The notes beneath the pieces are model-generated. The model saw only the letters and a list, made by a program, of their open reading frames with translations. It was not told the DNA's origin and searched no databases. A stretch of 64,000 nt of DNA from NCBI GenBank assembly GCA_951406725.2, contig OX597823.1, positions 50,840,001 to 50,904,000 on the forward strand, written 5' to 3'. Shown here one piece after another: positions 50,819 to 63,776 of this stretch; position 1 is the stretch's first letter, and each line of letters starts with the position of its first letter. Origin of the DNA: Octopus vulgaris (taxonomy: Eukaryota). Both the position numbers and the translations under genes were made by a program.

Positions 50819-51134
50819 ATTGGCACTCTGTCCGTTATGACGACGAGGATTTCAGTGATTCGATCAACAGAACAGCCTGTTGGGGAAATTAATGTGAGAG
50901 TGGCTGAGCACTCAACAGACACGCGTCCCTTTAACGTAGATCTCAGGGAAATTGAGCGTGACACAGAATATGACAAAACTGGCCCCTTTTGAATTACAGG
51001 CACAACTTATTTTTTCCAGCTGAGTGAACTGGACCAATGTGAAATAAAGAGTCTAACTCAAGAACACAGCGCGCCACTCATGACCTTACGATCATGAGCT
51101 GAGTACCTATAATCGCTAAGTCATGTGCCTTCAG
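50819..51134 (-). mobile_element. SINE family C with tail Y
   Basis: Homologous to 22058-22373. Confidence 0.75.
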
Positions 51135-51166
51135 ATGTACATGACTATAGACTATATATTAGTAAT

Positions 51167-51551
51167 GGAAGCACTCCGTCGGTTACGACGATGAGGGTTC
51201 CGGTTGATCCGAATCAACGGAACAGCCTGCTCGTGAAATTAACGTGTAAGTGGCTGAGCACTCCACAGACACGTGCAGCCTTAACGTAGTTCTCGGGGAT
51301 ATTCAGCGTGACACAGAGAGTGATAAGCCCGGCCCTTTGAAATACAGGTACAACAGAAGCAGGAAGTAGGAGTGAGAGAAAGTTGTGGTGAAAGAGTACA
51401 GCAGGGATCACCACCATCTCCTGCCGGAGCCTCGTGGAGCTTTAAGGTGCTTTCGCTCAATAAACACTCACAACGCCCGGTCTGGGAATCGAAACCGCGA
51501 TCTTATGACCGCGAGTCCGCTGCCCTAACCACTGGGCCATTGCGCCTCCAC
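51167..51551 (-). mobile_element. SINE family D with tail Y
   Basis: 11-bp TSD ATATTAGTAAT (51156-51166, 51552-51562); D body (CACAACTTTCTCTCACTC) joined to tail Y. Confidence 0.9.
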
Positions 51552-51619
51552 ATATTAGTAATATAGATATAAAGATCGTCTAAGTAAAAAAAAAAACAAA
51601 GCAAACACATGTTTTGGTG

Positions 51620-52320
51620 TGTAATGTTGATCGTTAATTATATAACAACCTAGGTCAAAAGCTGTTTTATATTCAAAGCTTCAGTTAATAGTTCAAGCAA
51701 ATTACATACGAAAAGCGTTCATTCATCAAAATATAGCTCATCATATTCTTTTGTTTATTGCTACTATTGTGTTAGAAGTTCAAGTCTACGCTTATACCAT
51801 CTGGTGCCTTTAGAAGCAAAAAAACTCACTGAACCCGTTTTCAACCTCATCCACATTGAACCTTCGTCCGTGCAGAAGATGAGTTATGGTTTGGAAAAGG
51901 TGGTAATCTGATGGTGCAAGATTAGGATTGTAGGCAAATTTTCGCTTGGCCACATTGGCAGTGTGCGCTGGGACATTGTCATGCTCATGGAGAGCACATC
52001 TTCGATTGACCAATATCGAGTAGTGGGATTTGAAAGCACTATGTACTCCCTGCAGTTCTTAGGCAAGCGTTCATAGCATAACAAGCTCAAAGTGCAACGC
52101 TGCCTCAAAATTCCACCAAACATACAACCTGACTTCCTGTTCAAAACGCATTGGTTTGACAATAGTCTTTGAAACCTGGTCGGAACGCAGCCACTGATTT
52201 CCCTTATTAGGATTACGAAAATAGATCCATTTTTCATCCCATTTACAGTTCGACGGCAAAAACGGGCATCTCGAGGATTTTCTAGCAGTTGTTTGCAAAT
52301 CTTCCCACGTTGTTGAGCCT
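51620..52320 (-). mobile_element. Degraded mariner transposase fragment
   Basis: WDEKWIYFRNP, LYVWWNFE, HDNVPAH and AYNPNLAPSDYHLF in shifting frames; boundaries approximate. Confidence 0.8.
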
Positions 52321-52511
52321 AATGATTGGTCAGTCCATAAGGAATTTCTCGATAGCTTCTGTTCACAAGGACAAGCATATGGAGGTGTCGATTGGTGGTG
52401 CTTTGTGAAGGACCAAGTTCAACTGACAGTGTACGAGTGCTTGTGCTTGGCTGTTATTCAGAGTAAAAGAAGATACTCACACACGCACGCGCGCGCACAC
52501 ACACACACACA

Positions 52512-52582
<71 letters not shown>

Positions 52583-52591
52583 ACACACACA

Positions 52592-53822
52592 CAGGGGTTG
52601 GTCAAATTTATCGAAACACAACAAAATTTTTAAAAGATAATTTAATATGGGTTAGGACCAACTTTGGCAGCAATTATAGCTTGAATTCTCGTACAAAGTT
52701 TGAATTGTTTTCAAAGGAGTTTTTGTCCATTCTTCAGCTAAAACAGTTTGCAGTTCTTGTAATGATGATGGTGTAGGATATCGACTCCTTACTTGTTTTT
52801 TTCTAAAATGCACGATAAATGTTCAATAATATTGAGATCTGGGGACTTTGGTGGCCAGATAAGATGTTCAACTTCGCTAGAATATTCCTCGTGTCATTCA
52901 GTAATAACTTTAGCTGTGTGAATTGGTGCATTATCATCCTGAAAGATTGCGTTTCCCACCGGAAACAGTTCCGCAACCATATGATGAATTTGATCTGATA
53001 AAATGCTTAAATAATCTTGACTATTAATTCTTCCATGAAGGAAAACCACCGGGCCGGCGAATTTCCAAGATATAACCCTCCAGATCATCACAGATCCTCC
53101 TCCATGTTTAACAGTTGGAAGAAGGCAGTCTGGGTCAAATGCTTCTTTTGGCTGTCTCCACACGTATGGTTGGAAATAAGATAAAGGATGACTTGTCTGA
53201 GAAAATAACATTCTTCCACTGTTCTAAGGACCAATACTGTAGGTTTTTACTCCACTCTAAACGTTTTGCAACGTTTGTTTTTGAAAGTAGTGCTTTTCTG
53301 ATTGCAGCCCTCCCGTGAAATCGGGCTTTGTGCAGCTCCTGGCGAGCAGTTTTTGTGGAAACTGGGTTCTCAAGGTGGTCATTAAACTCGGCAGTAATTT
53401 TGGGTGCTGTATTTTTGTGATTCTTTCTAACAATTCGCGTAAGAGGTCGGCGGTCCCTATCTGAAAGTTTTGGTTTTCTTCCGGATTTCTCCCTCTTTCT
53501 AAAAGGCTGTCAGTCATTACATTCGAGACAGTCCTTCTTGATATACCAAAATATTTTAACTGCTTTCGTATGATAGCGTCTGCCATATGAATATCAACAA
53601 TTTTACCTCTTTGAAAGTCCGATAGATGTGTCATTTTAATGAATTTTAATTACCTTTTTCTGATGATATCTGAAAAGAAACAGCAATTTTAGCAAAACAT
53701 ATTAAGCAATACAAATAATAAATCAAAAAACATAAAAATAAACAAGTTTTTAACGATTTTATAGATATTTCAAAATTATGATGCTATGATGCTAGGTTTT
53801 CCATTATTTTATCCAATCCCTG
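52592..53822 (-). mobile_element. Full-length Tc1-family transposon, DD36E spacing (Incomer-like), inactive
   Basis: TIRs CAGGGGTTGGTCAAATTTATCGAAA / TTTCCATTATTTTATCCAATCCCTG; 1231 bp. Confidence 0.9.
52642..53634 (-). pseudogene. Tc1-like transposase, frameshifted
   Basis: MTHLSDFQRGKIV; PTVKHGGGSVMIW; FQDDNAPIH; WPPKSPDLNIIEHL; GPNPY*. Confidence 0.9.
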
Positions 53823-53825
53823 TAT

Positions 53826-53857
<32 letters not shown>

Positions 53858-53866
53858 GCACGCACG

Positions 53867-53941
<75 letters not shown>

Positions 53942-53959
53942 TCCAAATATATATTATAT

Positions 53960-54049
53960 ATAGGCGCAGGAGTGGGTATAGGCGCAGTAGTGGCCATAGG
54001 CGCAGGAGTGGCTATAGGCGAAGGAGTAGCAATAGGCACATGAGTGGCT
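53960..54049 (+). repeat. Five tandem 18-bp copies of the SINE A 5' end
   Basis: ATAGGCGCAGGAGTGGCT units; the last one continues into the SINE. Confidence 0.9.
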
Positions 54050-54178
54050 GTGTGGTAAGTAGCTTGCTTACCAGCCCCATGGTTCCGGGTTCAGTCCCAC
54101 TGCGTGGCATCTTGGGCAAGTGTCTTCTACTATCGCCTCGTCTACTATTTGGTAGACGGAAACTGAAAAAAGCCCGTC

Positions 54179-54216
<38 letters not shown>

Positions 54217-54445
54217 GCATGTGTGTGTGTATGTTTGTGCGTTTGTGTTTGTGCGCCCCCCCCACATCACTTGACAACCGATGCTGGTGTGTTGACGTCT
54301 CCGTAACATAGCGGTTCGACAAAAGAAACCAATAGAATAAGTACTAAGCTTATAAAGAATAAGTTCTGGAGTCGATTTGCTCGACTAAAGGTGGTGCTCC
54401 AGCATGGCTGCAGCCAAGTGACTGAAACAAATAAAAGAATAAAAA
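54032..54445 (+). mobile_element. SINE family A, full length
   Basis: Head, internal (TA)/(TG) tract and tail. Confidence 0.9.
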
Positions 54446-54704
54446 AACATACATATAAGTGTGAATTGCATGGATATTAATGAGTAGATAAATAGATAGC
54501 AAAATAGAGTGACAGAGAGAGGGAGAGAGAGGAGTGAGAGAGGGAGGGAGAGAGGGAAGATAGAGAGAGAGAGAAATCAGTACTGAAAGATGAGTTGATG
54601 CTGAAAATTAGACTTGTAAGCGAAAACGGTAGTGTTTATATGAATAAGCAAACATATAAACAAATAGATATAAACACGTTCAGTGAAACTATTATTTTGT
54701 GATA

Positions 54705-55099
54705 TCTTTATATATAAAAGTCAAGTTGTGTGCTGTCTGTCTCCTATGATTTAGATTCCTAACTACTCCCACATTTTGCGGTGCAGTGTAACCAAAAGCA
54801 GGTATCTTATAGTCGTGATTCATATCGAGCCCTTCTGGGTATTAGCGCGCGTCTACGATGAGTACGATTTAAAAAAAAATTACCATCATTTTTTCATATT
54901 TTTAATGCATTTTTTTGCTATTATATAAGGGAAGTAACTCTCAAAAATGTATTATTAAATCTCAGAACGTAAAAAACTTCAATAACCCCACCCCTTTGTT
55001 GTTAGCCATATTGAGATGGCTATTATACTTTACATCTCTAAAAATGCTTATATAGTTATTTCCCTTACAAACCCGAGCAACGCCGGGCGATACTGCTAG
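54705..55099 (+). mobile_element. Non-autonomous Helitron
   Basis: A|TC 5' end (TCTTTATATATAAAAG), 3' hairpin CCCG-AGCAACGC-CGGG about 12 nt before terminal CTAG|T, no TSD. Confidence 0.8.
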
Positions 55100-55914
55100 T
55101 GGATGATATATTAGTTAGTATATTGTGCAAGTAGTAGAAAGAACAAATAGAAATAATGCAGCAAACTGAGGGGAAGAGAGAGACTGCCCATGACATAAAG
55201 AGTCACAGAATGATTGTAAAAAGGCACCGTGACATAAAGAAAAGGTAAGGGAAACGGCAGAGAGAAAAAACGAGCGCGTCAATTTACCAAGAGAAATAGC
55301 ATTTATATGCTTATACTCAAATGTGCTTCTATGAGTATGCCTATGTACGTGTTATCTACGTCTGTGAGTGGATCGTATAATCACGTACTTCAATTCGTGT
55401 GAATGTAACGAATATATTGCAAAGAATTGTTCTAGCCACCAGTAAGAAAATTAGAAAGGAAATGGGATGTTTCGCTTTTATACGAAAACATGTGAACTTT
55501 AGTTCTTGCGAAAGTGACCTGTTATCAATCAAATCATTCAGTATCTTGACCTACGTTTCTACTTCAGAAAGCTCATCAGTAAAGCACTGGAATCAGTAAA
55601 AGGCTGGAATATTTTTTTCAACAGACTTACCGTTGTTATTGATATATTGGATTATTTTTCTTTAAAATAAATTTTGGGATTTGGAGCCAATTCAGAGAAA
55701 ACTATTGCCAATGATAATCCTCTTTTACAGGCATACAAACAGTTAGCAGTCTTGTTAATGACTCGTCTTACGGCTGCCGTTATTTTCGGTACCTAGTGTG
55801 GTTAGATAGCTAATTATATATGGTTCTAATAATGATTACTTTTTCTCTAAGCACAATGCCTAGACGTCACTACTAAAGGATGTATGGATGCAATTAACTA
55901 CAGAACATTGCTTA

Positions 55915-56122
55915 CAAATTTTGGCATAAGACTAGCAATTTCCGAGGAGGGTTAAATCAATTACATTGACCCTAGTGCTTTACTGGTAATAATTTTATCG
56001 CCCTCGAAAGGACGAATGGCAAAGTCGACCTCAGCAGAATTTGAACTCAGAACGTAATGTTAGACGAAGCGCCTCTATGCATTTTGCCCGGTGTGCTAAT
56101 GATTCTGCCAGCTCGCCGCCTT
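55915..56122 (-). mobile_element. SINE family B
   Basis: Core, B-box and head GATTCTGCCAGCTCGCCGCC. Confidence 0.75.
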
Positions 56123-56237
56123 ACATTAACTATAGAATTGTACTTACACTTTTTCATTGCGATGGAAAGCAACGCGGATCGACGTATGAGTTGAAAGATC
56201 AGCCTCTAACCCAATGGTATAGGTGATAGTGGAGTGA

Positions 56238-56486
56238 CGAAAAATAAAGTTACCTTCTCGAGTCATACTGACACATGAGGGCCAGTTTCACGGCGTATAT
56301 ATTCCCCACCTGGACGGGACGCCGGTCCATTGCAGGATTACTCATTTTTGCCAGCTGAGTGGACTGGAGCAACGTGAAATGAAGTGATTTGCTCAAGAAC
56401 ACAAGGCATCGCTCGGTCCAGGAATCGAAACTGCAATCTTACGATCTTAAGTCCAACACCCTAACCACGAAGCTAAGCGCCTACAC
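56238..56486 (-). mobile_element. SINE family C with tail X
   Basis: TSD TAGT(G/A)GAGTGA at 56227-56237 and 56487-56497. Confidence 0.85.
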
Positions 56487-57497
56487 TAGTAGAGTGAAAG
56501 ATTTAAAAGGAGTTGTATATAAAAGTCACCTAGGGTAATGACTTTAGAGTGAAGTGCACTGTTCTCAATGAGTAAAGAGTAGAACAGTTTGTATTAGAGA
56601 TATGTTCAAAAAGCCATAGAGGCCGCTGATGTATTTCAATGATCGTCCTAGAACAACAGTAACTGGGAGACTATTGCTGACTTCCAGGTTAGAAAAGTAC
56701 GTTGCGAGAAGAGTAATGGTATCTGCAAATACTGAAGCATCAGCCTTCAGGAAGAAATGGGATTATAGTGTAACCATGAACAAGAGATGGATTAAATGTA
56801 GAGGATGAGAAGTTTGTATCTGAGAAAGAAATATATAAAACATAGGTTTACAGTTTTATCGTATATATTGAAAAAGCAGATTAAAAGACACTTGTGAGGG
56901 CAAAATGGCGGAGGAAGAGGGCGGACGTATGATAGACGCAAACTAATATTATCGAATTAATCTTTAGGACGGTGAGCCTTTGAGTGTTGAAAAAAAGGCT
57001 TAAAGGTATTTCTTCCAAACATTGCTGTCATTCTCTCTAGATCGATAAAATATAACAGTCAAGTATTGGAATCGCTCTCTCTCTCTCTACCGATCTATCT
57101 CTCTGTCTATTTATCTATGTGTATATGTATATATGTACGTATATATACATATGCACATATGCATGTATCATATATGTATATCATTAATTAATTTTATTTC
57201 AAGATTTTCTTGCCATAGAGAAAGTTCCTGTTTCTAACACAGATCCAAGGCCCTTCATTGGAATTTCAACATTTTCAGGGTATTTTTGTGTGTATATATT
57301 TATATATGCAGATTTCTATGCGTTGTTTTCTGCATGCATTCTGATGCATATACCTGCATGCCTAAGCATGTTCATATATACTTAAATGATAAACTTCTAG
57401 AAAGTTTTACACATTTTTGTATGTATATATGTATGTATGTGTGTGTTTGTATGTATGTATGTGTGTGCTTATATGTATGTATGTGTGTGTGTGTGTA

Positions 57498-57695
57498 GGC
57501 GTGTGACTGAATGTTGCAGTCATGAGGGTAAGATTGTGGTTTCGATTCCTGGAACGGGCGATGCGTTGCGTCCTTTTGAGCAAAACACATCATGTTACGT
57601 TGTTCCAGTACACTCAGTAGGCAAAAATGTGTAATCCTGCAACGGACCGCCGTCCTATCCAGTGGGAGGCCACAAATTTCAGAAAACCGGCATGA
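57498..57695 (+). mobile_element. SINE family C with tail X, degraded
   Basis: GGTTTCGATTCC B-box, C body, CTGCAACGGACCGCCGTCC tail. Confidence 0.7.
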
Positions 57696-57759
57696 TCAAT
57701 CTAAGGCTTTGAATAGACATTCGATCCTGTTTTGATATATATATATATATATGTATATA

Positions 57760-57944
57760 TTGCCTTCGAAAGGCGGAGTAGATGGAACAGGGACAACTGG
57801 AGAAGGGGAATATTCTTTATATTGTATGTCGCGTTTCTTTGATTTTTCGTTGTTCGAAAAAAAGCTTGTTTCTATGTTTTGTTTTTGTTTTCGCTTCTCA
57901 TTGTGTTCAACGTTTCTTTTTGATGTTCTGTACCCATATATGCA
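57760..57944. mobile_element. Right-arm half copy of the 42751 fold-back family
   Basis: Ends GATGTTCTGTACCCATATATGCA and contains GACAACTG, as in 42751-43043; lies in a TA tract. Confidence 0.6.
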
Positions 57945-57992
57945 TGTATATATACATATATATGTAGGTATGTACATATATGTATGTATATA

Positions 57993-58033
<41 letters not shown>

Positions 58034-58085
58034 TATATATCATTATATGATCGAACGCCACGCATCCTTTTCCAAGTAAGTTTTA

Positions 58086-58154
<69 letters not shown>

Positions 58155-58225
58155 GTGTATATATGCATGCGTACATATAAAATAATATGTTTGTTATATA
58201 CGTGTGCCTGTATGTAGATGAATAC

Positions 58226-58664
58226 AATCCTTCCTACTATAGGCACAAGTCCTTAAATTTTGCGGGAGGTGGTTAGTCGATTACATCGACCCTTATGCTG
58301 GGCTGGTACTTATTTTACCGATACCGAAAGGACGAAAGGCAAAGTGGACTTCAGCAGAATTTGGACCCAGAATGTATATAATAACGACATGCTGCTGCTA
58401 AGCGCTTTTTTTCCGGCGTGCCTATGATTCTTATTTCTTTACTACCTACAAGGGGCTAAACGCAGAGGGGACAAACAAGGACAGACAAACGGATTAAGTC
58501 GATTATAGCGACCCCAGTGCGTAACTGGTACTTATTTAATCGACCCCGAAAGGATGAAAGGCAAAGTCGACCTCGGCAGAATTTGAACTCAGAACGTAGC
58601 GGCAGACGAAATACTGCTAAGCATTTCGCCCGGCATGCTAACGATTCTGCCAGCTCGCCGCCTT
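58226..58664 (-). mobile_element. SINE family B dimer (tail-2 unit + tail-1 unit)
   Basis: Junction GATTCT|TATTTCTTTACT at ~58431. Confidence 0.85.
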
Positions 58665-59309
58665 AATCTCAATAAATATAATATATGCAGAAAAATAAAC
58701 AGGTAATTTATATGCATGTATTATTTTATAAAAAATTCTTTTAATCGTTTTTTTTTTTTAATCCTAAGTTCCGTTTTCGTCATTGAACTTAAAATCTTGA
58801 AAAGGTTCGAAGACTACTCTAAATTTTCAAATAACTATCAAAATAAATTTATCACTACACTGTTCATCGACGCAAATATTGGAGAAGGAAAAAGTAATCT
58901 AAAACAAACGTTCTCATAACTCAATCACCAATTCCTGTTGATAAAAGCATTAATTTTGTTATTCTTTCTGTTTTAACAGATTAAAAGATTAACTGACTAT
59001 CTTAAGACAAAATTTAAAACGGCAAGCAAAAACAAGATGGTAAACATTTAAAAATTTTCTGAAATCCAGCATCGAAAAAATAATTTTTTACAAGAAAGTT
59101 TTTCTTTAAGCTATGAAATATAGACAGCGGATAAAGCAAAATTTTCAAGAAATATGCATGAATTAGAGAGTTGTACTAACACCTTAGTCACTGTAAGTTT
59201 TGTCTTAACTCTTCATTGATTATTAACAACCATTGTGATGGTATTTACATCATTCGTATCTTAACAAATACTTGATTTAACATCGAAGGACATCTAATTA
59301 TCTGGTTAG

Positions 59310-59730
59310 GTTTTTTTACTTGCCTCAGGCATTGGAAAGCGCCCATGCTTGGATACCACCGTGAACGGTTTTGGTCGAACGAATCGAACCCAGTAGTCGA
59401 CTCTGGTACACATTCTACCGGTCTCGTTCGCCGCATCGCTAAATAACAGGAACGTAAACAAACCAACAAGGGATGCCAAGCTGTGGTGGTAGACAATGCC
59501 GCATCGCTAAATAACAGGAACGTAAAGAAACCAACAACGGATGCCAAGCTGTGGTGGTAGACAAATTTCTCATCAAACAGCCACACCTGCGCTTATAAAA
59601 TATTGTGTTCCCACTGATAGAATGAATACTAGGCTTAAAAAAGAAGTACTGGTGACGATTCTTTCGACTAAAAAATTCCAGGCAATATCCCAGCATGACC
59701 GTTGTCTAATGACTCAAAGACGTAAAAGAT
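59310..59730. mobile_element. Degraded SINE A tails in both orientations with a ~66-bp tandem duplication
   Basis: Duplicated unit CCGCATCGCTAAATAACAGG...GTGGTAGACAA at 59431-59496 and 59499-59564. Confidence 0.6.
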
Positions 59731-59768
59731 ATAGACACACACACACACATACATCCATATATATATGT

Positions 59769-59805
<37 letters not shown>

Positions 59806-61619
59806 AAAGGGTGGGTGCATGTATGTGTGCGTGTATGTGTGTTTCTGCGTGTGTATGTGCACGTCAGTTAACTGTATTCCTCTGAAGACAAAAGCTGTAT
59901 ATTCATTATAAGATCACTTGTCTCAATGCGGACGAACACACGAACAAACCTTGTTTTCACACAGCTATTCTTCTTCTGTGAAAGACATTTTAAACATAAG
60001 CACGATGTTCTCATTAATATTTATTTTTCCGCAAGAACCACTCAGATATAAGATTGTGACAAAATTTCCTTTTGTTAGAATTTATACAACAATCAAACTG
60101 CCGATTTAATGAAATGCTGGTCTTCACAAAATGTCTTCCAGTCCTTCACAAGTTTTAGCTTAGTTGGCCGAATTTTAAAAATACAATCCATTCATCTTTG
60201 TTCATTTATTTAGAAATCTAACTTCACTCAGTTGGCAGGTAAGCGTTTCATTACGTAACCAAATACATTGATGACCATAGATATGAAGAACGTGAATGGA
60301 AGTTCTAAGTAACAGAGTTGATTGTCTATTACGTCAATTGTCTACATATTGCTTCTTTTCCATTGACTTCCGCTGTTATATTCTGGCGACAAAGTAATAA
60401 CTCATTTTGCGAAGAGTCGGTTCAACGTTTCTAGATTAGAGAATAAATTTCCAAATCTTGACACTTTTTTTGTCAAATATTGAAGTGTTGTATTGGCATT
60501 TGGGTTCTTAAATAAAAGCATTTACGTTCAGAATAACTGATGAGCATGTTCGTCCTTTCACGATCATGCTATTGCTAAAGAAATGCTATGGAGAATATAT
60601 GATTTATTCATAGGTCATATCTACGATGTAAATCGTAGCCAGTCGAGTTGATAGAATACCTTAAAGACGGCTACGTAATTGACAGTTTACATCACTTTAA
60701 ACGAGGTTGTGTTTTGCCCATCGTCGAGGGAGATCCGTTTATGTGGTCATTCACCCTGCAAGACACAGCAGTCAAATTTTCTTCGAGCATATGCAACAAT
60801 TTAAAACATACAGTCGGGACACAATGGATAAGACTGTTAGATACACTGTCTAAAAAGTGAAGTTCAGGTCACTTTCCAATTACTTTGAGCATAATACTGC
60901 TCAGTCAAACCAGAAATTATCTAACTCTCTTTAAATCTCGCTTTATTGTCTTATAACATGAACGATCCGTTGATAATATAGTCATAGATAATTAAGATGA
61001 GATGGTCAAAGCGGACCAGCTTTGATAATGGGTCTGCTGGAATTTAGTCGATTTGGTACTTAACACCAACAATTGCAAATCTTAGATTACTAAATTGACA
61101 TACTTCAGTCTATTACTTTTAGAAATTCAAACGGCATACTCTTAGAGTTATCACAATTCCAAGGGAAGATGAGAGTTTAAACTCTAACTGATCCCAGATG
61201 ATATAAGGAGGAAACAATTGAAAAAAAAACAATTAAAAGTAATGTGTAGTGGGGGAGCATCTTCCGCCCAACGTATGAAGAAGAAATGAATGAAATGCAG
61301 AAGAAAAAATAATAAAACCGTAAGAACGACAAAAAAAAAAAAAATGAGGACGTAATCAAGAATGAGAACAAGAACAAAAAAGAAGAAAAAGAATTATTGG
61401 TAATACTATGGAAAGACTTTCTCCCGTCATTATTGGTCACCTTGACCAAAGATCAGATTAAACTGAGCAGGTGAGTTACTTAATCGATTGATTTGACAGG
61501 GATTAATTATTTCTCATAATAATTTTAAACTTATTTTTTCCTTTTTTTTAATCTGAGGAAAGAGTTTAGTTGTATGGCCATTGCTGACCTTCTCAAGCTA
61601 GTGAGCAATCAATGGTAAT

Positions 61620-62298
61620 TGGTTTCAAATTTTGGCATGAGTGCACCAATTTCGGACGATAGTATAAGTGGATTTAAAGGTAAAGGTAAAGCTACCCTCT
61701 TGGGTCATGCTGACTCATAAGGGCCAGTTTCCCGGTTTCATTGCATATAAATTCTCCACCTGGACGGGACGCCGGTCCGTCGTAGCATTACTCATTTTTG
61801 CCAGCTGAGAGATTTGGAGGAACGTGAAACGAAATGATTTGCTCAAGAGCATAACGCGTCACCCGGTCCTGAGTTCAACACCCTAACCACTAAGCCTGAG
61901 TTCAACACCCTAACCACTAAACCACACGTCTCCACTGTAAGTGGATTACATCGACCCCAGTGCTCTGATGGTGCTTACTTTATCGACCTCGAAAGGATGA
62001 AAGGCAAGGTCAACCTTGGCCTCGGTGGAATGTGAACTCAGAACGTCAAGACGGACGAAATACCTATTTCTTTACTTCCCACAAGGGACTACACACAGAG
62101 GGAACAAACAAGGACAGACAAACGGATTTAGTCGATTATATCGACCCCAGTGCGTAACTGGTACTTATTCAATCGACCTCGAAAGGATGAAACGCAAAGT
62201 CGACCTCGGCGGAATGTGAACTCAGAACGTAGCGGCAGACGAAATACCGCTAAGCATTTCGCCCGGTGTGCTATCGATTCTGCCAACTCGCCGCCTTA
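61620..62298 (-). mobile_element. SINE B dimer interrupted by a SINE C copy
   Basis: B tail 61620-61674, B core 61938-62064, tail-1 unit 62065-62298. Confidence 0.8.
61675..61937 (-). mobile_element. SINE family C with tail X and (ACCTTT)n end
   Basis: 10-bp TSD TAAGTGGATT (61665-61674, 61938-61947); internal duplication CCTGAGTTCAACACCCTAACCACTAA. Confidence 0.9.
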
Positions 62299-62719
62299 GC
62301 GTTCAAGGTAATTGATATTTAACTTTGGATACCAATCAGTGGAGTTGCGTAGTGGTGGTGGTGGTGGTGGTGGGGAAATATGCACAGGAAGTTTTAAGAG
62401 GTTTGAATTCTGAGCTGGAAAGACTGGAGTAAAGAATTTAGTATAAGATTATCAGGAAGTGATGCGTTGTTTTTTGAGCAAAATATTCCATTTTATATTG
62501 TTCTAGTCCATTCAGTTCTAAAGTAGTAACGACTCTACGAAGGACTGTTTAAACTGTTCAGGTTGAATGTGAATTCGGTCACTTATGCGCCATGGAAACG
62601 AAGTAACCAAACCTACGGGTCCTAAGACTGTAGACAATAATGTTCATGGGTTGATGATGATGATGATGATGATGACGACGGCGACGACGACAATGATGAT
62701 GATAAAGAAACTTTCTCCA

Positions 62720-63045
62720 CGCGTGGCTGTGCTTCTCAACGACATGGTTCCGAGTTCAGTCTCACTGCATGGTACCTTGGGCAAGTGTCTTCTACTATAG
62801 CCTCCAGCCAAGCAAAGCCTTGTGAGTGGATTTGGTAGACGGAAACTGAAAGAAGGCCGTCGTATGTGTATGTGTCCGCCATCGCTTGATAACCGATGCT
62901 GATGTGTTTATCTACCCGTAACTTAGTAGTTTGGCAAAAGAGACCGCTAGAAAAAGTACAGAGGTCGATTTGTTCGACTAAAACCCTATAACTCGGTGCT
63001 TCAGCATGGCTGTAGTCAAACAACTGAAACAAATAAAAGAATACA
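62720..63045 (+). mobile_element. SINE family A
   Basis: Head and tail homology. Confidence 0.8.
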
Positions 63046-63437
63046 TAAGAACGAAGGCATTACAGACTTGACCACACCATATTTATTACGTGTTTCTAGT
63101 CCTTGATTATCTAACTTACCTTTCGCTTTATTTTAAAGATATCTAATATAATTTCAGCAATATCTGTCTCCTACGTCTGTCAGGTTAATAAATAATTTAG
63201 ACATCCAATTGCTGGTTGGCATTTTAAACGCATATGGAAAATACGGTAAGATGGTGGTGTATGCTTTTAAATAATCAAGTCTGTTAAATAATTTTCTAGT
63301 TTAGAGAATGAGGAAACGCTGCAGTTGTACAACAAGAGTGACGGACACAAATACACATATATATGAACGGATAGGTAAGCACAAGTATATATACCTACCT
63401 GCATACCACCAACAATTTCCTTGGATTATGGTTGACG

Positions 63438-63499
<62 letters not shown>

Positions 63500-63681
63500 A
63501 ACGCTTACCTATGCATTCAAATATTATTACCATATTTGTCCTACACTGTATCGGTACAGCTTGTTGCAACCTCCAAAACAAACTGCTATTGTCCTTTGGT
63601 ATCATTAGGCTGTAGCCGGCGTAATGAAAAGATGTTTTTATATGCATATTCAAAAACGTTACCCGTAAATGAACTTAAAGG

Positions 63682-63730
<49 letters not shown>

Positions 63731-63776
63731 TGTGTGTGTGTGTACTTACATATACGTACATGTAAATATAAATATA

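Noticed and set aside
53957-54043. IGAGVG silk/elastin-like peptide repeat
   Set aside because: It is the tandemly repeated SINE 5' end, not a coding exon.
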